A stretch of 64,000 bases of DNA from Methanotrichaceae archaeon (GCA_963813075.1 CAWEXU010000030.1:96001-160000), one strand, 5' to 3'; positions 1 through 11,930 are shown, counted from the stretch's first letter. Numbers and translations are program-made. Notes: generated by a model not told the origin, from the sequence alone.

Positions 1-1490
1 GCAGCCGGGATGGCCGGACATGAGATAGGGGAGGAGGTACTGCTCCTTTCCCGCCGTCTGCGAAGCGGCGGAAAAGCGCTCCCGAAAGGCGTCCAATGCC
101 GCGCGCGGCGGCTTATGCATGCATTCGGTAACCTTTGCGGAGATATGCTCCGGGGCGATTTTGAGGTGGCCGGAGACGTGATGCTGGCAGAGGTCCTCGA
201 GATAAGCAGATCTGTCAGCCATTATCAGGTCATGCCTGATGCCCGAGGCGACAAAAACCTTCTTGACGCCGGGAATGGCCCGAACCTGGCGCAATAGCTC
301 TACCTGGAGGGAGTGGTCCTTGTCCAGGGTGGGGCATTCGGCAGAGCAGAGCCGGTCCGGACAGGCCCCCTGCTTCCAGCGGGGGCAGGAGAGTGCCGTA
401 CATGTTGGCAGTGGGACCGCCCACATCCTGAATGATCCCTTTGAATCCGGGCATCCGGACCATTCTTTTCGCTTCGCGCACAATGGAGCTTATGCTTCTG
501 CTCTGCACAATCCTCCCCTGGTGGTGGGTGAGGGCGCAAAAGGAGCAGGACCCAAAGCAGCCTCTGTGGCTGGTGATGGAGAACCTGACCGGCTCAAGTG
601 CAGGTATTGCTTCCTGATAGGAGGGATGGGCCTTTCGGCTATAGGGAAGCTCGTAGATATGGTCCAGCTCAGCGGTGCTCAGGGGGAGGGCAGGCGGATT
701 CTGGATGATCACCGTCTTGGGATGGGGCTGGACCACCGCCCGGCCTCGATGGGGGTCCTGCTCATTGTAGTGCGCTGCAAAGGCCTCGGGCATACTTCCT
801 TTTGTCCTCCTTGACCTCGGCAAAGCCGGGGATGAGAACCGCATCCTCCCTCGGCTCTCCCGCCAGCGGCGCACCTCCTCTTTTACCACGGTTCCGGGGA
901 CATCCCTGATCTGGGCGATCTCTTCCCCGGCATTCAGGCGCCGGGCCACCTCCAGGATGGGCCTCTCCCCCATGCCATAGACCAGGAGGTCGGCAGGGGC
1001 ATCGGCCAGGATGGACTGGCGCACGGAGTCCGACCAGTAGTCGTAATGGGCAAACCGGCGCAGGCTGGCCTCGATCCCTCCCAGAACGATTGGGACTTTT
1101 GGCGAGAGGGAGTGGACCCGGTCGGCATAGACTATCGTCGCCCGGTCCGGCCGGAGCAGGCGGCCGCCGGGGGAGTAGACATCCCGGCTTCGGCGCTTGA
1201 GGTTGGGGGTGAGGTTGTTGACCATGGAGTCCACGTTGCCCGAGGTTATGCCGAAGAACAGGCGTGGGCCGGCCCAGCCGGAGGAGGTCCTCCTCTTTTT
1301 TCCAGTCCGGCTGGGCGACAATTCCCACGGTGTAGCCCGCATCCCAGAGGACCCGGCCCAGGAGGCCCGCACCGAAGGAGGGATGATCCACATAGGCATC
1401 TCCGCTGACGAGGATGATGTCGAACTGCTCGATGCCGAGGTTTTTGGCCTCCGGCATAGATATGGGCAGGAAAGAGGGTTGCTTGGTCAT
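1..1490 (-). pseudogene. YgiQ/UPF0313-family radical SAM protein; several frameshifts, runs off the window start
   Basis: N-terminus FDIILVSGDAYVDHPSFG in ORF 762..1490. GITSGNVDSMVN, GGIEASLRRFAHYDYWSD, the CxxxCxxC motif RGCFGSCSFC and DVGGPTANMYG are in ORF 230..1399. Frame switches near 1270, 850, 790 and 390 could be sequencing errors. Confidence 0.85.
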
Positions 1491-1589
1491 GGCTGCTTAA
1501 TGAAGGGGCTTGGGGCAACATATACCCTTCGAAGGCTGTTGGGCAATTGTTTTTGTAGAGTCCCGAAATTATTTTCATACTTATCCCGA

Positions 1590-1722
1590 AATCACAAAGA
1601 AGCAAGATATAATCATCGACGAGATCAGGGGCTTGCACCAGGAGATGACCTTCGATGCCGGCTGGAGGGCGAGGATAGAGAGCGATATCCAGGCGATAAA
1701 AGCCAGGATCGGCATCAGATAG
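1590..1722 (+). pseudogene. possible remnant of a coiled-coil C-terminal tail like those of methanogen acylphosphatase-family proteins
   Basis: KQDIIIDEIRGLHQEM...RARIESDIQAIKARIGIR* resembles such tails from memory; no catalytic domain or good start upstream. Confidence 0.3.
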
Positions 1723-1992
1723 ACCAGACCTTAAGACCAATTCAGTCAACAAATCTATGATCTGCAACCATTCGGGCTTTAAGCAAATAGTAAATGCATC
1801 CAAAGGCAAGTTTTAAGTTGCAACTGTCCTTCTGCAGGAGCATTTTGCTGAAACTATTACTGGTCATGCTGCTTTGATCCAGGTTGAGCTCAGAGAGAGC
1901 GAGAAATTATCACATAGATAAGTTTTAAGATAAGAAGAATCATAGTAGTATTTAAATCCAATAGAGACAAAAGAAGCTACAAGGGGAAGGCA

Positions 1993-3140
1993 ATGAGGGA
2001 GATTCGAGTACATCCAGCCATGCTGGCAGTCGCCATCATCATTCTGGCATCCATAGCCGGGGGCACAACTTACCATATCGGACCGGGAGAGAGTCTTCAG
2101 GGGGCCATAAACCGGGCGGATTCCGGAGACACGATAATCGTCCAGGGAGGGGTCTACCGGGAGAGCCTGAACCTCACTAGATCGATCACATTGGAGGGAA
2201 AAGGCCGTCCCCTGTTGGACGGAAGCGCTATCGGCAACGCATTGACCATCAAAGCAGATGGGACAAAGGTATCCGGCTTTGAGATCAGAACCACTCGCCG
2301 CACAGGCATTCATGTTCTATCTGGAGGGAATATAATCGAGAACAATAGCATCAGCGGCTGTCTGGACGGCATCCGACTGGAAGGAGCCCATTCCAACACC
2401 ATTGCCAGTAACAATATTAACAACAATACCAATGGCATAACCCTCTACAGCTCAAATGAAAATCTGATCCAAAATTGCGATATCCGGGACAACAACATAA
2501 ATGAGGAGAGCGACTGCGGCATATTTCTCATCTACTCCTCAGGGAATGCGATCGAAGGCAATCAGCTGAGAAATAACGGCGACACCTCCATATCGCTTCG
2601 CTCGGCCAGTAGCAACTCGATCATAAACAATACCGTCAACGATAACGACTGGTATGGCATCTCTCTGTACCGAGTCCAGCAATACAAACCGATATAGCAT
2701 ACAATAATGCCAGCCAAAATAACGACGCCGGCATATACCTGGACGGCTCCCGCAACAACCGTCTCCTGGGAAACCGGGCCATGGACAACTCCAAGGGAAT
2801 CTATCTCTCCTATGACAGCAATGACAACATCCTGGAAGAAAATTACCTCTGCCAGAATGAGAAAGGCATCTTTCTGGCCAATCACGCCAGCAATAACACC
2901 ATTGTCGGCAACACCGCCCAGGAGAATGGATACGGCATCTACCTGACCTTCTCCTCCCGCTGGGACCTGGTCTATGGCAATCATCTCATCGATAACCTCT
3001 GCAATGCCTATGACCGGGGGGAGAACAACCGCTGGGACAATGGCAGCCAGGGGAACTATTACAGCGATCTGGGAAGGATATTCTACGTTCCCGGGGGCCC
3101 GGGGATTGACAATCACCCCCAGGCCGAGCCCTCCGGCTGA
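1993..3140 (+). CDS. secreted NosD/CASH parallel beta-helix repeat protein, frameshift near 2670
   Basis: Signal peptide, SLQGAINRADSGDTIIV start, Asn-rich GIxLxxSxxNxI repeats continuing in ORF 2781..3140, and a WDNGSQGNYYSD end motif. Confidence 0.8.
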
Positions 3141-3158
3141 ACCTCGCTCGCCCAATCT

Positions 3159-3255
3159 TCTGCACAGACGTCTGCCTAATCGTATGCACAGATGTCTGCG
3201 GAAATCCTATGCACAGCCATCTAGTGAAAACTATGCCGGGCAGTATGCCGAATCA
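3159..3255 (+). repeat. imperfect tandem repeat of about 24 bp (TATGCACAGxxGTCT-like units)
   Basis: tctgcacagacgtctg, tatgcacagatgtctg and tatgcacagccatcta, followed by two shorter tatgccg units. Confidence 0.6.
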
Positions 3256-3329
3256 GTAGAATGGTCAAGAAGCTAAAAGTTTAAAGATATAGGTGGAAAA
3301 GTATTTATCACATCATCAAGTAATATATA

Positions 3330-4352
3330 ATGGGATTTGCGATGTCACTGCAAAGATATGGAGTATTAAAAGGAAAGGCCATAGAGACCAAAAAGGGAAC
3401 TGGGAATACCCCTCATTTCCAGATTCTGGTCAGCGATGACCGACTGCTATTTCGTATCGCAGTTAATGTTGAGTCTCAGGAGCCGCCTTCAGATGTTTTA
3501 TATTTTGTGGACGAGAACTTTCATCATCCGGTTATAGATCTCCTCGCACCATTGCCCATGGGCTACCATCCAGTGGAGAAGGAGGCAGGAGGCATGGCCT
3601 TGGATTTCATCCGCGGGAACCTCTTTGATGCCTCACGGATGGTGGCATTGCCCCATAACATCCCGGGAGAGGATAACGACCTCAATGAATTGGTGCAAAA
3701 ATACGTAGCCAAAGCGATTGCCATGGAATCGAGCGAGATCTATGCCTTTGGCGAGCGCTGGGGCCCGGAAGATGTGCGAGACAAGTTCTTCGGCTTCATT
3801 CCTGGCAATGGCATCCACGACATCCACATGAACCAGGGAAGCTCGGACCGGTTCATGAAATACGATGGCGTATGGCAGGACGGCTGCCTGATCATCCACC
3901 TGCCGGACGAGAACAAGTGGATCGGCATATTCCTCGCCTTCCAGTCCCAGTGCTTCCACACCGATGATATCACCGGCCATCGCATTCCCCATGTCTGCGA
4001 CAAGGTCGTCCCGCCTGAACCCGGTGCGGCCAGGAGTGTATGCATCATCGCCGCCCTGGTGAACCCAAAGGGTGCAGACAAGGGATTGGAGGCGCTCACC
4101 CTCCTGAACACCACCCCAGCAGAGATCGATCTTGCCGGCTGGTCACTTTTGGACAAGAACAAAAAGAAGATGATCCTGGAGGGAAAGGTCAGGGCAGGAG
4201 AAGCGCTATTTGTGCCCCTCTCTGGAAAGGACATTGAGCTATCCAATAAAGGGGGAATCATCACCCTTCTCGATAAGAGCGGCCTGAAGGTGGACGGAGT
4301 CAGCTATACCAAAGAGCAGGCATCAAAGGAGGGATGGACGATAGTCTTCTGA
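3330..4352 (+). CDS. YukJ/DUF2278-family protein with C-terminal lamin-tail-like domain
   Basis: YGVLKG start, GNGIHDIHMNQG and DGVWQDG motifs; C-terminal IIAALVNPKG...IDLAGWSL...LSNKGGIITLLD; upstream TTTATT/TATATA boxes. Confidence 0.85.
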   Translation: MGFAMSLQRYGVLKGKAIETKKGTGNTPHFQILVSDDRLLFRIAVNVESQEPPSDVLYFVDENFHHPVIDLLAPLPMGYHPVEKEAGGMALDFIRGNLFDASRMVALPHNIPGEDNDLNELVQKYVAKAIAMESSEIYAFGERWGPEDVRDKFFGFIPGNGIHDIHMNQGSSDRFMKYDGVWQDGCLIIHLPDENKWIGIFLAFQSQCFHTDDITGHRIPHVCDKVVPPEPGAARSVCIIAALVNPKGADKGLEALTLLNTTPAEIDLAGWSLLDKNKKKMILEGKVRAGEALFVPLSGKDIELSNKGGIITLLDKSGLKVDGVSYTKEQASKEGWTIVF

Positions 4353-4425
4353 TCCATCCCCTCTTTTCCTCCTCTCTTTTCTTTTTAAGATCCAATCTCT
4401 GACCCCCTGGCTGAGGCCAGGGCTC

Positions 4426-6291
4426 TCAGATGAACCTGGGCCTCTCCGAGAGCCTCATTGAAAGAGGCAATCTGCGCCAGGGCTTTCCTTTCGTCTCTCC
4501 TGCGAGCCTCTCTTTGAGCTCATCAGTGGTCATACTCCTCTTTGCCGGGGACTTGGGGGTGGATTCGCTGCGAATGGTGACGGTCAGCTGGCCGGACTCT
4601 AGCTCCTCGTCCCCGATCACTGCCACATAAGGCACCCACTCCCGTCCAGCGTCGCGGATCTTCTTGCCCACGGTCTCGTCCCTGTCATCAATATCCGTGC
4701 GGAAGCCCAGGTCGCTGGCGACAGTCAGTGCCTTCTCCTGGTGGCGCTCAGCCACCGGTATGATCCTCACCTGGGTGGGCGAGAGCCAGGTCTCGAGCAT
4801 GGGCAGCTTGCCCTGCTCAGTCAGTCGGGCCGACTTCTCCAGGATAGCATACATCACCCTTTCTATAGCTCCGGAGGGGGAGCAATGTAAGAGTATGGGC
4901 CGCCTTCTCGCGCCGGACTCATCGATATAGTTGATATCGTAGCGCTCGGCATTCTCCACATCGATCTGGACGGTGGAGAGGGCGCTGGCCTTGTCCATGG
5001 TGTCCACGAAGTTGAACTCGAACTTGAGGACGAAATAGAAGAACCTCTCATCCCACATCTCGATCAAGACCGGCTTTTTGATGATGTCCACCAATCCCGC
5101 TATGAACTCCTGGTTCTCCTTATAGAAGTCTTGGGTGAACCTGATGGCCACCTCGTAGTCGTCAACCTCCAGGCCTACTTCTTTGAGGACATCGATGCTG
5201 GCGAGATACTGCTTCCTGAACTCCTCGATGGCCGAATACATATCCCGGGTCATGGTGTGCATATCGGGCATGGTGAAGGCCCGCAGGCGGCGGATGCCCA
5301 CCAGCTCCCCACGCTGCTCGCGCCGGAAGCTGTATCTGGTCATCTCTATCATCTTCAGGGGCAGGGACTTGTAGGATATGGACATGTCATGGCCCATCAA
5401 GAACTGGCCGAAGCAGGCAGCGAAACGTAAGAAGAGCTTTCTCTTGTCCGAGTCGATCTGATACTGCCGGGCGGGGAAGCGGTCCAGATACTTTTTCAAT
5501 GTGGGGTGCTCCATATCGTACATGATGGGGGTCTCCACCTCCATCGCCCCCATGTCCGCCGCCTTCTCCAGTACCAGGCTCTCCAGGAGGGACTTGACCA
5601 GCCTGCCCTTGGGGTAGTAGCGCATGTTGCCCGAGTCTGAGCCCGGCTCGTAGTCCACCAGCTCCAGCCGTCTCATCAGCTCCACGTGGGGCGGGACCTT
5701 ATCCACTGCTCTGGCCTTGGAGATCTCGTAGTTGGCGAACTTCTGCAGGTTGGTGTGGCCCTGGAAATCGAACTTGTCTGCGTCCACCAGCTTTCCATCC
5801 AGATCCAGGACCCGCCAGTAGGATACCGCTTTGGCCTCGGACTTCAGGGCCTCGGATACCACCTCGCCCTCGCCCAGCCTTATGGATCGGGAGAGCTCGG
5901 AGAGGGGATGGCCCTTGCAGCTTATGGTGAATGCCTTGTACCAGCCGAAGGGAGCACGCATGACCTCATAGTCTCCGGATAGTACATCGGCCATTCCCTT
6001 GAGGATCTTGACTGCCGTGGCCGGGGTGGAGAGGCTGGAACTCAGGTGGGCATAGGGATAGATCATAATGCGGCTGGCCTTGACCTGGCCGGCCACATCT
6101 GCCACCTGCTTTGCCCCCTCGGCGATCACCGCATCGGTGTCGTCCTCATCGAACTTCTCCACGGCGATGAAAGCGCACAGCGCCTCATCGAGGCGGCCCT
6201 TTTTGGCCGATTCTTCAATCTCTTCTGCCAGCTTCGTCGGCCTCTTGGCCTCGAACTCAATGAAATCAGAGTGGATTAATAGCAATTGCAA
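4426..6291 (-). CDS. thrS: threonyl-tRNA synthetase, archaeal type with N-terminal editing domain
   Basis: MQLLLIHSD start, [37 protein letters not shown] and a C-terminal anticodon domain. Confidence 0.97.
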   Translation of the reverse strand: MQLLLIHSDFIEFEAKRPTKLAEEIEESAKKGRLDEALCAFIAVEKFDEDDTDAVIAEGAKQVADVAGQVKASRIMIYPYAHLSSSLSTPATAVKILKGMADVLSGDYEVMRAPFGWYKAFTISCKGHPLSELSRSIRLGEGEVVSEALKSEAKAVSYWRVLDLDGKLVDADKFDFQGHTNLQKFANYEISKARAVDKVPPHVELMRRLELVDYEPGSDSGNMRYYPKGRLVKSLLESLVLEKAADMGAMEVETPIMYDMEHPTLKKYLDRFPARQYQIDSDKRKLFLRFAACFGQFLMGHDMSISYKSLPLKMIEMTRYSFRREQRGELVGIRRLRAFTMPDMHTMTRDMYSAIEEFRKQYLASIDVLKEVGLEVDDYEVAIRFTQDFYKENQEFIAGLVDIIKKPVLIEMWDERFFYFVLKFEFNFVDTMDKASALSTVQIDVENAERYDINYIDESGARRRPILLHCSPSGAIERVMYAILEKSARLTEQGKLPMLETWLSPTQVRIIPVAERHQEKALTVASDLGFRTDIDDRDETVGKKIRDAGREWVPYVAVIGDEELESGQLTVTIRSESTPKSPAKRSMTTDELKERLAGETKGKPWRRLPLSMRLSERPRFI

Positions 6292-6381
6292 TATCGGTCA
6301 CCTGAACTCTATAGGGATAAGTGTGGGTGTAATTCAATGTTTCTATAATAGGTAATTGAGGCCAGAGGATCCCCCTGAATT

Positions 6382-6972
6382 CACTCATAAAATGTTCATC
6401 GAGCCCCAGTTGCTCCAGAGGAGAAAGGCTCCTGCGGCCAGGGTGATCCCCAGAGTCAGGCGATCGGAAGCGGTCCTCGCTCACCCTGCCGAAGGCCAGG
6501 CTTCCGGCAAAAAATCCCAGGAGCATTGCCGGCAGGAGCCTTATGCTATCGATGAGCATCTCTGCGTCAATGAGCCCCACTAGGATGTAGTAGCCGAAGG
6601 TCAGGAAGTCTATGGCCGTGAGGAATATGACGATCAGCCTGCAGAATTCCTTCTTCTCAGGGCAAATCCCATGAAGATCTTAAGCAGTCGATCGCTGGAC
6701 AGTATCAGGACCTCTGTGCCCAGAGGGACTCCCACCAGCGCCGCTGCCAGGAGGGGCCAGGAACGGAATACATCCCCTTTCAGATGCGAGCCCTCTTTGG
6801 CCAGGATCATGATATCGATCAGGCACTCGTAGATCATAATGAAGGGGATGGCGTACTTTGCCCCAAAGAGAATGGAAAGGAGGGGTATGGAGATCAGGGC
6901 GGAGCCAAAGCCGGTCAGGGTCCTGATGAGCATGGCGGCGAGGATTATGAGGAATGCGAACAGGTCGATCAT
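6382..6972 (-). pseudogene. TauE/SafE (TSUP) sulfite-exporter-family membrane protein with internal deletion and frameshifts
   Basis: N-terminal LTGFGSALISIPLL motif; the frame breaks after LKIFMGFAL (about 6660) and jumps to the C-terminal helices LPAMLLGFFAGSLAFGRVSEDRFR; much shorter than a typical TSUP of about 250 aa. Confidence 0.75.
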
Positions 6973-7205
6973 GGCAATGGGAAATGAAGTGTGATTTCAT
7001 TTGCCATATTACACATAAATATTACCGACCGCGGACCCATGACGACGGCAGGCTTCCGGCAAAAAATCCCAGGAGCATTGCCGGCGGGAGCCTTATGCTA
7101 TCAATGAGCATCTCTGCATCAATGAGCCCCACCAGGAGGTAGTAGCCGAAGGTCAGGAAGTCTATGGCCGTGAGGAAGAGGACGATCAGCCTGCGGAACT
7201 CTTCC
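6497..7205. repeat. direct repeat of about 155 bp (6497-6650 and 7049-7205), a duplicated TSUP 3' fragment
   Basis: caggcttccggcaaaaaatcccaggagcattgccgg...tagtagccgaaggtcaggaagtctatggccgtgaggaa...gacgatcagcctgc occurs twice with scattered substitutions. Confidence 0.95.
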
Positions 7206-7497
7206 AGAGTTAAAAGAATTGAAAGGAAGTAAAAGAGGCAATGTCGCGCAGGCTCAATGGAAAAATGGCCGGAGAGAGAATTGCATTTCCCGCCAAGCGG
7301 TCCCGGCACTGCAATTATGTTTATGCCCCATAGAGGATCGAAAACACCCTCCCCGGCAATGAGCAGATAGTTTAAAAGATGAGGAGAGTTAGATATACAA
7401 TTGCCAGTATATCTGGCAGAAGATTACCTCTTAACTTCCTTTCGTATGATACAGCAGTGCATCATTGAAAGGGAAAGCGAAGGGTGGAGTAAATTAC

Positions 7498-8202
7498 ATG
7501 ATACCTATTTCAAAGCGTTTGGCAGCCGAGTTCCTGGGGACCTTCTGGCTGGTTTTAGGAGGCTGCGGCAGCGCAGTTCTGGCCGCCGCCTTTCCGGATG
7601 TGGGAATAGGCCTTCTGGGTGTGGCCCTGGCCTTCGGCCTTACTGTTCTCACCATGGCCTATGCCATCGGTCACATCTCTGGCTGCCACCTGAACCCGGC
7701 CGTATCCATCGGCCTATTGGCTGGCGGGCGTTTTCCCGCCAAAGACCTGTTGCCATACATAATCGCCCAGGTCATCGGTGGAATTGCCGCAGGAGGAGTC
7801 CTCTTTGTGATCGCCAGCGGCAAAGCGGGATTCGATGTCGCCGCAGGGTTTGCCGCCAATGGCTATGGCCTGCACTCGCCCGGTGGCTACAGCATGATGG
7901 CCGCCCTGGTTTGTGAGGTGGTCATGACCCTGATGTTCCTGCTCATCATCCTGGGCTCGACAGACAGGCGGGCCCCGCAGGGATTCGCCCCCATTGCCAT
8001 TGGTCTCGGCCTGACCCTGATCCATCTGATAAGCATTCCCGTCACCAATACCTCAGTCAATCCCGCCAGGTCAACGGGCGTCGCCGTCTTCGTGGGCGAC
8101 TGGGCGACATCCCAGCTGTGGCTCTTCTGGGTGGCTCCGATTGCAGGAGCGATCATCGCCGGATTGATCTACAGATCGCTCTTCGCTGAGGAGGGCACAT
8201 AG
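7498..8202 (+). CDS. aqpZ: aquaporin Z (MIP family)
   Basis: [29 protein letters not shown] and NTSVNPARS (two NPA motifs), WLFWVAP. Confidence 0.95.
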   Translation: MIPISKRLAAEFLGTFWLVLGGCGSAVLAAAFPDVGIGLLGVALAFGLTVLTMAYAIGHISGCHLNPAVSIGLLAGGRFPAKDLLPYIIAQVIGGIAAGGVLFVIASGKAGFDVAAGFAANGYGLHSPGGYSMMAALVCEVVMTLMFLLIILGSTDRRAPQGFAPIAIGLGLTLIHLISIPVTNTSVNPARSTGVAVFVGDWATSQLWLFWVAPIAGAIIAGLIYRSLFAEEGT

Positions 8203-8438
8203 AGCATCAATAATGTTTGCCACACGCACTGAAAATTAGTGCCTTTCATTTTTTTATTCGTTCGAATATCACTTTTATAGATGAAAAAATGTAAATTGCC
8301 TTTTTTTAATTCCTCTAAATCTGTTTTAAGATACCACAGGAGGTGAGAACAGATCATCACATTCCTAAAATACTGGGTTCATTTGTCATAAGGTTTTTAA
8401 ATTTCCCCAGATATATTTGAATAGTGAAAGGTGGTAGC

Positions 8439-9326
8439 ATGTCATTGAAGTATGTATTAGCTATCGCTCTATTTGCCCTGATAGGGCTGGGAGCGAGTGC
8501 CGAGCAGCAGCAGAACGAATCAATCAGCAACGAATCAGTCAATGTCAGTGAGCCTGCAACTGAGGAACTGGCAAACAGGCTTCTCCAGGTCGCTTATATG
8601 GGTGGTCCTGAGCTAACCCAGGCCGAGCTTCTGCCCGGAAAGCTGCCCGAACAGATGCCAGTGGATCTTCCCATACCCAACGGCTCCCGAATTGTGGGCA
8701 GCGAGATTCTGGAGGATATAGGAATCACTGTGGTTATGGATGTCGCAATGACTCCTGAGGAGGCTTTGGACTTTTATCGTGATGCTCTGGTCCCCCAGAA
8801 CTGGACAGAGACGGATATAACGGGAATGGAAAGAGGATTTATAGGAGGATCGGGCAGTACTATCTTCTGCAAGGGAGGACGAGATCCCTCAGTGATGGTC
8901 TCGGCCTATCCACTGGAGAATGGAACCGATCTTCGCCTGGACATCAGCACTGACCCCTATTATTCCCCCTGCTCAATGACCGACCAATCCGACTGGATGG
9001 AGCCTATGCCAAAACTGGCTGCTCCCAAGGACGCTGTGATCTCCAATCAGAATTCCATGGGCGGCTGGGGAAATCAGGTGACGGTCTCGGCGGAAATAGA
9101 GACGGAATTAGACAGTTCAGCTCTTGCCATTCACTACGCAGATCAGCTAAAGGCAGCTAACTGGACAGCGGTAAGCTCTGAAGAATGCGGTTCTGCCTCC
9201 TGGAGCACCTGGAGCTTTGAGGACGAGGAAGGCATCTCTTGGGATGGCTTTTTGATCGCGCTGGACTTAGCTGGCAGCGAGGATAAGAGGTTTGTCATGA
9301 TGCAGGCCTCGATGGAAGAGAGCTAG
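8439..9326 (+). CDS. hypothetical secreted acidic protein
   Basis: GGTGG ribosome-binding site, signal peptide MSLKYVLAIALFALIGLGASA, open for about 295 aa. Confidence 0.75.
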   Translation: MSLKYVLAIALFALIGLGASAEQQQNESISNESVNVSEPATEELANRLLQVAYMGGPELTQAELLPGKLPEQMPVDLPIPNGSRIVGSEILEDIGITVVMDVAMTPEEALDFYRDALVPQNWTETDITGMERGFIGGSGSTIFCKGGRDPSVMVSAYPLENGTDLRLDISTDPYYSPCSMTDQSDWMEPMPKLAAPKDAVISNQNSMGGWGNQVTVSAEIETELDSSALAIHYADQLKAANWTAVSSEECGSASWSTWSFEDEEGISWDGFLIALDLAGSEDKRFVMMQASMEES

Positions 9327-9464
9327 ACCTGTGGAACGTTCATGATGAGGCAGATGGCCTCATTTTTCTTATGTGAAGAATAAGGCTTTATCTTTGAGCC
9401 ACCAACTGATCAAAGCAAAGGCAAAGACAGCAGCTTTTCGATAGCATTGCAGATGGTGAATGAT

Positions 9465-10429
9465 ATGAATCGGATTAGAGAATTAGTCATCAGTCTCCTT
9501 ATTTATTCTCGTTATATCGTTGGCGGGAAGTGCCTGGGCAGCGGACGGACCGGGGGTAGAGCTGAGGCCGGGAGAAGCAGAAGCTGAGATGCTTTTCAAC
9601 TATGGGATCGGCGAGAAATGGATAGGGGGCGATCCACCATCTAAGGAAGTCGATTCCATATACGCTCAGTATTACTCGGTCTCTCCCAGCCTCCTACGCC
9701 AAAAGGCATATTGAAGCTCCAAAGAAGAGCGACATCCGGGATCGGACCCCGGACTCAGTCTACTTCAGCTACCAGATGAAGTCCATGCCATTTGATCAAT
9801 ATCAGGCTTATGCCACTTACGCTGGCGGCAATTCGCTGTGGATACAGGGCTCCTCCAGCTGGACTCAGTATGCAAAAGCTCCAAAGGGATCTATTCTCTC
9901 TTTGATTGCCATATCTCCCCCCGGCGGACGGGGAGTTCTCTATGAGATAAATCCGGATGGAAAGCTGAATGAGAATTCCTTTTACTTCTATCCGGGATAC
10001 AATCAGATGGACTTTTATGCCGATTCCATCGGCCAGCACATCCTGCTCTATGTAATTGACGGTCTGGTCAGCAATTCGATCGTTATCGATGTTACGGGCT
10101 ACTACCGGCCGCCATATCAGCAGCCTATTGTATCCGCCTTGCCAGGAAATCAGGTTCAGCCTCCAGAGTCGCAACCATCTCCTGTCGATGCTTATGGATT
10201 GATCGTATCCCAGGGGATGCGCGGATATCAGCTGTTCGTTGATGGCACATTCATCGGCATAGAGGGCAGCGGAGGAGACGCACTGGACGGGAGGCTCAGC
10301 TTTGGAGTGGCGGGCAATCGGAATCATGAAATAAGAGTCTACGACGGCCAGTCCAATTACCTGAATACCATCTACTTCCCCCGAGGGGTGCAAAAGAGGA
10401 TCAATGTGGAGCCTGGATTTACGGCCTAA
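9465..10429 (+). CDS. hypothetical secreted Tyr/Gly-rich surface protein, two frameshifts in the 5' part
   Basis: GGTGA RBS and ATG 9465 (MNRIRELVISLLI); continues via ORF 9520..9714 and ORF 9776..10429 in different frames; T-rich tract after the stop. Confidence 0.6.
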
Positions 10430-10496
10430 ATTCAACCATTTTTTATTATTTAGTTTTTAAATTTTTTTACTGGAAAAAGGAGATGAAATTCCATCC

Positions 10497-11204
10497 TCAT
10501 CCCCGCATGAACTTGTCCCAGCCCTGATAGTTCTCCTTGAGGATGGTGCAGATCTTCTCCATCATGTCATATGGTATTCCCACTACAACCTCCTCATCCT
10601 CCAGGCCTGCGTTTCTCACCGATCCGTCGCAGCCCAGTGAGACGTTAACCTCTCCTTTCAGGTAAGGGGAACTGGTGGCATCAACGCAAAAGGACTGAAT
10701 CCCGGCGGTGTTGAAGGTCATCCGGCCCCCTTCCTCGAACATCGCCGCCTGGACGATCCTCCTCGACTGAAGTGGATTTCCCACGAATATAACCACATCC
10801 GGCCTGACCACCATCTTATCCAGGGGGGCCACATAACTGGCCACAGTGCTGCCGGGAAGGATGCGGGGCATATTGGCGGCGATCATGGCGCCAGCGTCCT
10901 TAGTGGAGCACTTGTGCAGTTTGTCAAAGTACAGAGATCCAGTGCGGATGTTCTCCGGACACTCCACCAGGCCCAGGCCGGAGGCGCCACCCTTACACTC
11001 ATGATAGTCGGCATGGGCGAGATAGCTCTTCCCCTCAAGTCTCGCTCCCTGGACCATTGAGCAGTAGCGGAAGGGCCTCTCCACCATATTCAGGTCCTTG
11101 GGGATCTCCTCCTCGCTCTTGAACAGTCTCACGCCCACGATATTATCCCGTATTCCCAGGGAGGACTTCAAAATGTCCGACATCTCTTCAAGATTCATCA
11201 TCAT
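10497..11204 (-). CDS. DUF169-family protein (Cys-rich, probable metal or Fe-S binding)
   Basis: VGVRL, RYCSMVQGAR, HECKGGASGLG, PDVVIF and SLGCDGS motifs typical of DUF169. Confidence 0.85.
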   Translation of the reverse strand: MMMNLEEMSDILKSSLGIRDNIVGVRLFKSEEEIPKDLNMVERPFRYCSMVQGARLEGKSYLAHADYHECKGGASGLGLVECPENIRTGSLYFDKLHKCSTKDAGAMIAANMPRILPGSTVASYVAPLDKMVVRPDVVIFVGNPLQSRRIVQAAMFEEGGRMTFNTAGIQSFCVDATSSPYLKGEVNVSLGCDGSVRNAGLEDEEVVVGIPYDMMEKICTILKENYQGWDKFMRG

Positions 11205-11426
11205 ACACCGGAAATTAACTGGTGGGCATGAGATTTGGAGCTTGCGCTCTGGAATGCACCCATCACAGGCTCATCATCCTCAAGAGCATCGATATTGGCC
11301 CAGATCGCATGGATGGCACCTCTGTCATTCCTCAAGCACCCTTTTCGCTCTTAATCTGAATCTATGAAGAAGATCATCAGTCCGAAAGATGTATAAGTAT
11401 AAATATTTTGCAGCAAACATGGCCAC

Positions 11427-11873
11427 ATGAATGAAAAGCTGGACAGCGCCGAAGATCAGGCCGGACCTTGCGGAATTCTATGTGGCTCATGCCCCTTGGG
11501 AAGCGCCAAGATAGCCGAGGCTGCGGGCCGGACCAGACAGAACATCGCAGACTGCGATATTCCAAACTGGGCTCCCTTTGTGCCTGGGGGAAAGGCGATC
11601 GATTGGGCGGCAGTGGATCTGGGCCTGGCCTGGATGGAGGAACATGCCCGCTGCGCAGGATGCGAGAACGGCGGAGGGCCTCCCGACTGCACCATCAGGG
11701 TTTGCGCTCGAGAGAAAGGATACGATCTATGCAGCTCCTGCGAGGAATTGGAGGCCTGCACCAGGTTCGAATGGCTCAGAGATCAAGGCCAGATGATAAA
11801 AGATAGGCTGAATGAGAACCGCGGTCTTTCCAGGGAGGAGTACATCAAAAAGATGACCGCACAGATGCCCTGA
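11427..11873 (+). CDS. DUF3795-family Cys-rich protein
   Basis: GPCGILCGSCP, CAGC, CTIRVCAREKG and CSSCEE...C pattern. Confidence 0.85.
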   Translation: MNEKLDSAEDQAGPCGILCGSCPLGSAKIAEAAGRTRQNIADCDIPNWAPFVPGGKAIDWAAVDLGLAWMEEHARCAGCENGGGPPDCTIRVCAREKGYDLCSSCEELEACTRFEWLRDQGQMIKDRLNENRGLSREEYIKKMTAQMP

Positions 11874-11930
11874 GGGGCTTTGTAGGAGGAACGGGCTGGG
11901 GTAAAGATCCGGAGCTCTCACCATTCCAGG

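Noticed and set aside
3159..3255. CRISPR array
   Set aside because: Units are degenerate and directly adjacent, without unique spacers of 30-40 nt; no cas genes in the window
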